Shown: positions 34,176 through 40,620 of the stretch, piece by piece
How positions within the stretch are numbered: position 1 is the stretch's first letter
Layout of the letters: each line of letters starts with the position of its first letter
From: Octopus bimaculoides
Taxonomy: Eukaryota
Reading direction: 5' to 3'
Assembly (NCBI RefSeq): GCF_001194135.2
Contig: NC_068998.1
Span: 2,272,617-2,313,236, forward strand
DNA length: 40,620 bases
Program-made: the position numbers and the translations under genes
Notes under the pieces: model-generated
What the model was told of the DNA's origin: nothing
The model's input: the letters and a program-made list of their open reading frames with translations, nothing else
Databases searched by the model: none

Positions 34176-34785
34176 TTAATTACTTACATATATATAAGAC
34201 TGGACCTTCCACTTCAGCTTCCAATAATCTCAGGCAAGACCCTCAGTGAGTTATCACACCCACTTCCGAAACAGTGCTGCTACCGCACAGACGTCTCAGA
34301 CGTGCAGATACCTTACACTCACTTTACTGATTGGCGTGAAGTCACTCACCAACAACTACATATCTTTCGTTCAGTTAAGAGAATGGGGTCATTTATACAC
34401 AAAGCTTCGCACAGACAACTAACCTTCAACTCTTCTGTTATGGCCTTGACGATTAGAATACAGAAGAAATGATGGGAACCTACACACAGGCCACATTCAT
34501 TTCTCACAGAAACCTACCCAGGCACTGCCAGGTCACTCTTCAGCGCTACAGGTAATATGTAGCCCAGTATAACCTGTCACATGGACGGGTCGTCGGCGAC
34601 TAAACTGGCAACCCCATCAAGCTTGCTTGGTGAGGAGGGTGATTTTGGACACCCTGGGGGACAAAAAATAGGACCCGTCAAAAAGGGCAGAAGAACTATT
34701 GTGTAGTCAATAGCCAATTCAACAATGTTTCATTGTGATGCATGTGTGAAAGGTTGTGTGTGTGTGTGTGTGTATTGTATGTGCA

Positions 34786-35418
34786 GGCAGAAAACAAGAA
34801 TTTCTGCATTGTATAAAGAAGAACAAAGTTGATATCTTGAGCATCCAAGAACACAGGTATCATCACCTTGATACAGATTTGAAGTACACCAACCTTGATA
34901 GATACCAACTTATTACAACCTCTGCTATTAAAAACTCCTAGGGCTCTACTATAGGTGGCGTTGGTATTCTGTCTCCAAGAGCCTCAGGGAACTTGCTCTC
35001 TGTTGAGAAAATATCTGACTGTATAATCGTTGCCAAGCTGAGTAGTAACCCTCAAACTATATTCATTGCGTGTTTCTGCCCAACTAACACAAGTGATGAG
35101 AAACTTGCAGACGAATTCTACTCCGATCTGAAGGGATTAATGGAAAGTTCCCCTTCCCACAACTTCCTTGTGAAAGCAGGTGATTTTAATGCCCCAAATA
35201 GGGAGGCATGATGCTCTGTTCACCTATATAACAAGGAGACCAACCAGAATGGGATAAAACGGATTCATTTTGCCCATGAGTTCCAACTTCAGATTGCAAA
35301 CACAAGGTTCATGAAACACCAAAAGTGTTTGTGGACGTTCCAGCACCCGTCTGGATCTTGTTCACAAATTGACAACATACTTGTGAGGAACAAGTGGAAG
35401 AACAGTGTCCATAATGCA
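34786..35418 (+). mobile_element. RTE-clade LINE apurinic-type endonuclease pseudogene; probable 5' UTR at about 34580-34700
   Basis: One frame with two stops: KVDILSIQEHR...GGVGILSP...ACFCPTN...FYSDL...AGDFNA...NQNG...IANTRF...WTFQHPSGSCSQIDNILV. Confidence 0.88.
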
Positions 35419-35480
<62 letters not shown>

Positions 35481-37000
35481 GTCGTCTGCCTTTCTGTCTG
35501 TCGTCTGTTTTCTATCTATCTATCTATCTATCTGTCTGTCTGTCTGTCTGTCAGTCTGTCTGTCTGTCTGTCTTCCTCAGCCCCCCCATCCTTTCAGTAT
35601 TTCAGTTGTCATTAAGAGTTTAATACACAGCATTTATTGTCCCTGAACGTTCCATTATGTCTGTACTTCAACTATCTGTGAGCACATGTATGAGTGCGTG
35701 TGTGTGTGTGTATATGTGTGTGTGCGTGCGTGTGTGTATGTGTGTATATGTGTGTGCGTGTATGTGTATGTGTGTGTGTGTGCGCGTGTGTGCGTGCGCG
35801 CGTTTATATCCGTGTATGAATTGTTTACTTACGAAGTAACTCGTCTCTCATCTGTAATCTTCACTCTGACATTTCTCTCGTCCTGGTCGTACCTTCCCAT
35901 CAAAAGAACCGCCCCCTCCTTCCATCTTTACAAGCAATTCCTTCCCACATTACCCCCTCTTCTTCTTTTACCACTCTTAGTCTTTCTTTGCATCTCATCC
36001 TGCCACTCAGTCCTTTATCCTCCCTCTCTCACTATTTTTCTTTTGACTTTTNNNNNNNNNNNNNNNNNNNNNNNNNNNNNNNNNNNNNNNNNNNNNNNNN
36101 NNNNNNNNNNNNNNNNNNNNNNNNNNNNNNNNNNNNNNNNNNNNNNNNNNNNNNNNNNNNNNNNNNNNNNNNNNNNNNNNNNNNNNNNNNNNNNNNNNNN
36201 NNNNNNNNNNNNNNNNNNNNNNNNNNNNNNNNNNNNNNNNNNNNNNNNNNNNNNNNNNNNNNNNNNNNNNNNNNNNNNNNNNNNNNNNNNNNNNNNNNNN
36301 NNNNNNNNNNNNNNNNNNNNNNNNNNNNNNNNNNNNNNNNNNNNNNNNNNNNNNNNNNNNNNNNNNNNNNNNNNNNNNNNNNNNNNNNNNNNNNNNNNNN
36401 NNNNNNNNNNNNNNNNNNNNNNNNNNNNNNNNNNNNNNNNNNNNNNNNNNNNNNNNNNNNNNNNNNNNNNNNNNNNNNNNNNNNNNNNNNNNNNNNNNNN
36501 NNNNNNNNNNNNNNNNNNNNNNNNNNNNNNNNNNNNNNNNNNNNNNNNNNNNNNNNNNNNNNNNNNNNNNNNNNNNNNNNNNNNNNNNNNNNNNNNNNNN
36601 NNNNNNNNNNNNNNNNNNNNNNNNNNNNNNNNNNNNNNNNNNNNNNNNNNNNNNNNNNNNNNNNNNNNNNNNNNNNNNNNNNNNNNNNNNNNNNNNNNNN
36701 NNNNNNNNNNNNNNNNNNNNNNNNNNNNNNNNNNNNNNNNNNNNNNNNNNNNNNNNNNNNNNNNNNNNNNNNNNNNNNNNNNNNNNNNNNNNNNNNNNNN
36801 NNNNNNNNNNNNNNNNNNNNNNNNNNNNNNNNNNNNNNNNNNNNNNNNNNNNNNNNNNNNNNNNNNNNNNNNNNNNNNNNNNNNNNNNNNNNNNNNNNNN
36901 NNNNNNNNNNNNNNNNNNNNNNNNNNNNNNNNNNNNNNNNNNNNNNNNNNNNNNNNNNNNNNNNNNNNNNNNNNNNNNNNNNNNNNNNNNNNNNNNNNNN

Positions 37001-37080
<80 letters not shown>

Positions 37081-37320
37081 GAGATTTTGTAGTGTAAACA
37101 AGATAAATAGAACTCAAAATATGAGTCTATACATATGATAAGTAGAATGCATGAAACACTCGGCCCTTGGCTCATTTTTTGTAACTTCTGACGAATGAAA
37201 ATGATATATGCATGTCCATAAGTATGTATGTATGTATGTATGTATGTATGTATGTATGTATGTATGTATGCACATATGTATATATGTATGCATGCATTAT
37301 GTATAGATAGATAGATAGAT

Positions 37321-37460
37321 GGCAGATGGCCTAAAAGTTAGGTTGTTGGGTTAACGATCGTAAAGTCGTAAGTTCGAATCCTGGACGGAGCAGTGCACTG
37401 TGTCCTTGAACAAGTATTTCATTTTCACGGTGTTCCGGTTTACTCAACTGAAAACGAATG
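37321..37460 (+). mobile_element. SINE family A, 5' half
   Basis: AGTTCGAATCC B box, GTGTCCTTGAACAAG, TTTCACGGTGTTCC...ACTCAACTG. Confidence 0.65.
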
Positions 37461-37579
37461 CATCTCTCTCGCTTTCTCTCTCTCTCTCTCTCTCTCCCTC
37501 TCTCTCTCCATCTACCTATCTATCTCTCGGTCTATCGATCTATCGATCTAACATCCTCGATGTTCCGCTTGATATATAT

Positions 37580-37850
37580 AAGAGTGGGATCCGGGCCATA
37601 AAACGTGAGTGAGTAGATGTGGTAAGCGAGCAGTTGTATGGTTGAGGGCTTGGGCCCAGCAAAGTGTGGCATCCACAACGGACCGAATGTATCCTCGGTT
37701 GAAAAAGTGTTGCATTTCTTCAGATTTGGAAGTGAAGTCTGAACCGATTCTGGTCAAGTGGGGAAGATAGAGAAATTGAAAGAATAGTAGAGCGAATTTG
37801 ATATGTCTGGATGAGAGGAGAAATAATGGATATGAAAATATGGAAGTCAG
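37580..37850 (-). mobile_element. Penelope-like element RT C-terminal remnant
   Basis: SSRHIKFALLFFQFL...SDFTSKSEEMQHFFNRGYIRSVVDATLCWAQALN resembles the PLE consensus HP.HIK..IPYSQFLR...SDF..K..EM..FF..RGYP..V. Confidence 0.6.
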
Positions 37851-38025
37851 GAAGCTTTTCTTTGGCCGACGGGCAGATGAAAGTTGTCGATAAGGAAGGC
37901 TGACGGACGTATCTGATAAGGCTGAAGCGAAATCTAGGGCGAACAGTTGACATCACTTCTTAAAACACGTGGGTTTGTTGATGTTTCTGAACAACATCGT
38001 CGCTTTACGTAAATTTTTTTAATTC

Positions 38026-38240
38026 TTTTACTTATGTGGGGTGGAGAGGGGATCTTTTGAAGTCGGCGTAAAAGCGAAAGAGAGAGAGAGAGAGAGAGAG
38101 CGATTGGAAGAGGGAACTTATCTTTTGAAGTCGGAAGCGGGGGAATTGATGTGTTTGATGGGGTGTGCAAGACAGAAAGTGTGGTGTGTATGTGTACACC
38201 GACTTCAAAAGATCCCCTCTTTCCCCCCACATAAGTAAAA
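38026..38240. repeat. MITE-like element with about 45-bp inverted repeats
   Basis: TTTTACTTATGTGGGGTGGAGAGGGGATCTTTTGAAGTCGGCGTA (38026-38070) versus TACACCGACTTCAAAAGATCCCCTCTTTCCCCCCACATAAGTAAAA (38195-38240); an internal partial copy ATCTTTTGAAGTCGG at about 38121. Confidence 0.85.
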
Positions 38241-38340
38241 AAAAAAAAAAAAATTTTTACGGAATGCGACGGTCTTGTTCAGAAACATAAACAAACCCAC
38301 GTGGTTTATAAGTGACAGTCTTGTTACTAACTCCGAAAGA

Positions 38341-38548
38341 TTGCTCCAGTCTCCAGTCGATGTACTTGTAATTCAGTTCAAAGGGCCAGATTTGTCACAT
38401 CCTGTGTTACGTGGCATCTCCATGACAACTACGTTAATGGTACGCGTGTCTGTGGAGTATTCAGCCACTTTCACCTTAACTTCACGAGCAGGCTGTTCCG
38501 TTGATCTGAACAACTGTAACCCTTGTCTTCGTAACCGACAGAGAGCCA
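38341..38548 (+). mobile_element. SINE family A, 3' half
   Basis: TTCAAAGGGCCAG...GTCTGTGGAGTATTCAGCCAC...GCAGGCTGTTCCGTTGATC...GTAACCGAC. Confidence 0.8.
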
Positions 38549-39594
38549 GTTCGCGACAGTAAAGCCTCGTAGTGGTACTAACGGACTGAGCAGGAATTTG
38601 TGGTTTGTATAATTAAGGAGCATTTTTGTACCACAACAACCCCTGCTAAGTTGCTTGTAACCCCTCTTCACTGAGAGTGAGGACGGTTTACCAGAGGTGG
38701 AGGAGGGCGTGAGACGGTTTGCATACATGGTACACGTTGAATTGTTTACTGTGAGATTTTGAAGCCCTGTGTGTATGGAAGCGTGCACTTTCGAACACGA
38801 AGCCCGACAGACCGGTTCCCCACCATCTGCGTCTGTCTGTTTGTGTGACTTCCTATTCATAAATATGCATGGGTTGCACTTCTACTACGTACATTTGCAT
38901 ATATATTAGTGTGTATGTGTGTGTGTGTGTACGTATGTGTTTGTATGTGTATGCATATGTGTGTGTATGTGTTTGTATGTGTGTGTATGTGTGTATATGT
39001 GTGTGTGCATGTGTGTAAGTGTGGGGGATCTTTTCCTTTTGGCCGGCACATAGAAAAAATAATTTTTTGTAACTAAACACTTTCAAATTTCGAATACTGG
39101 TAGAATGTGTCATTTAAAACATCATTTACTCTTGGCGTTTTGAAGAAAATTCTTTATTTTCGAAGTTATTTCGTGTTAAAGTTGTCGTATTTCGGTAATT
39201 TCAACCTCAGTCATGGTCGTCGCTGCAGAGGAATTGGGAGAAGGGGATGGAGAGGTTTGTGTAGGAGAGGAGAAGAAGTTAAGGTGGGAGTGTGAGTCTG
39301 TGTGTTTGTAGTGGATGGAGATGGTGAGAGCGGAGTGATGTATGCAGACAGAAATATCGAGGAATTCGACGGAAGAGTTTTACGTTTTGCGAAGAGAGCA
39401 GAAAGAAAATAAACGTTCTGCATTAGTTGACAATACAAGGGAAGAAACTTTTACAATAACAAGGGACATAAATCAGTCTCTTTAAATTAACGAAAATTAA
39501 TTAATTGAGGGCAAATACATATCGATTGGAAACGGATCATAATGCTGAAGGAATTACTTGACTTCGATTCCAGTTTAGAATCGCTACTATACAT

Positions 39595-39955
39595 GTGATT
39601 TTGTGCAAATGAAACCCGAGTGTCTTTTCGGTCAGCTGAAAGCAGTTTTGGTACAAACTTGGCAGACACACATCTCATACCCAAACCTTCAGTGATAATG
39701 AACTGAACTGAACCGTAACTAATCTGCACATCCTCTGATAACTCACGGATGATGACTCAATGATTTCCCCCCCACAGCTGCATGCACATCTGCAATGTTT
39801 TCCTTAGTTCTGCTGGTTGAGTGTCTCTCAGAACGTTCGTCAATATCGACATTTTTTCAGCCATCTTGGAAACGTCTGAACCCCTCGTACACTTGTGTGC
39901 AGCTCATACACTCCTCTCCTTACACTTTCTGCAACTCTGCGTGGGCCTCTGAGCT
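39595..39955 (-). mobile_element. Mariner transposase pseudogene fragment (HTH region and linker)
   Basis: SEAHAELQKV*GEECMSCTQVYEGFRRFQDG*KNVDIDERSERHSTSRT...ISYGSVQFIITEGLGMRCVSAKFVPKLLSADRK; the AKFVPKLL linker corresponds to mariner WVPHEL. Confidence 0.88.
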
Positions 39956-39961
39956 AAATAG

Positions 39962-40086
39962 ACTAAAGCATCATGAAATGAAAGGAAATGCCTTGGCCAA
40001 AGACACAACAAGCTGCCCTCTTCAGGAATTGAACCAATGACCTTATGACCATGAACCAAACACCCTAGCTATTAGGCCACAAGCCT
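39962..40086 (-). mobile_element. SINE family A head, degenerate
   Basis: Reverse complement: GCTTGTGGCCTAATAGCTAGGGTG...GGTTCAATTCC...GTGTCTTTGGCCAAGG. Confidence 0.6.
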
Positions 40087-40583
40087 TTACACACCAACCT
40101 ATAAAATAGCCAAAACATAAAAGAAAAATGAAACACCATTCAGATAAAGTATTTCCTTTTAATTCTTTAATAATGAAGGTTTTTACCATTAAAAATCAGG
40201 CACCCAACCACATTGAGTGCAAAGTTTGCATGTGTCTGTATGGAAACTTTTGTTCTTACATGTGGCCTTTCTATCCAGTACTTCTGTTGGTAAATAAATA
40301 TGAGTCGCATCACAGTAAGGAGGATTGTTTGTATACTTGCAATTACAAATCTGGTACAGGATTTGGGATTCCGGAACAACCCAACGAATAGGTTTTATTC
40401 CTGTCCCCTTGTGCGAACCTACAATGAGAATTTACTTGCAATTAAAAACGGTAAACTGTCATTTGTGTTTTCAATTTTTTTTATGTTGTTTGTATTCGTG
40501 GGGAAACCAAAGCTAAACAATGATGAAGTGCATTTTATCATTTTATGTGTATATATGAATAAATAAATGTATGTGTATATATG

Positions 40584-40620
<37 letters not shown>

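Noticed and set aside
38471-38860. 129-aa minus-strand ORF
   Set aside because: It begins in a microsatellite edge, ends within a SINE, and has no recognisable domain or splice signals.
30581-39955. Mariner pieces at 30581-30655 (+) and 39595-39955 (-) are nearly consecutive in transposase coordinates, suggesting one element split by a 9-kb inversion
   Set aside because: Their overlapping stretch differs (KSTTETL versus SEAHAEL), indicating two different mariner families rather than one broken copy.

Overview
AT-rich eukaryotic genomic DNA from a gap-rich draft assembly (more than ten N-runs), dense with microsatellites. The SINE, MITE and LINE repertoire looks like that of an octopus (coleoid cephalopod); this assignment is inference from recalled repeat sequences. 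Supported content: (1) an intronless minus-strand ORF of at least 298 codons running off the left edge (896 to <1, absent from the ORF track), encoding a membrane-anchored GT-A glycosyltransferase whose motifs match bacterial beta-1,2-glucan synthases (OpgH/MdoH and Cgs/NdvB), which is the most unusual item here; (2) a two-exon 158-aa gene with no family I recognise (12589-12565 + 11081-10630, minus); (3) a tRNA cluster, Glu(CTC) plus three Ser genes (TGA, CGA, TGA); (4) a spliced OXNAD1 orthologue on the minus strand (five confidently phased exons 23946-20555, a probable start exon at 28665-28642 and a candidate upstream exon at 32130-32005); (5) a frameshifted class III nucleotide cyclase fragment antisense inside the OXNAD1 intron; (6) relics of R4/Dong, CR1-like, RTE and Penelope retroelements, Tc1 and mariner transposases, hAT, piggyBac and mariner MITEs, and several SINE families. 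Most long ORFs in the track are artefacts of microsatellites or N-gaps.
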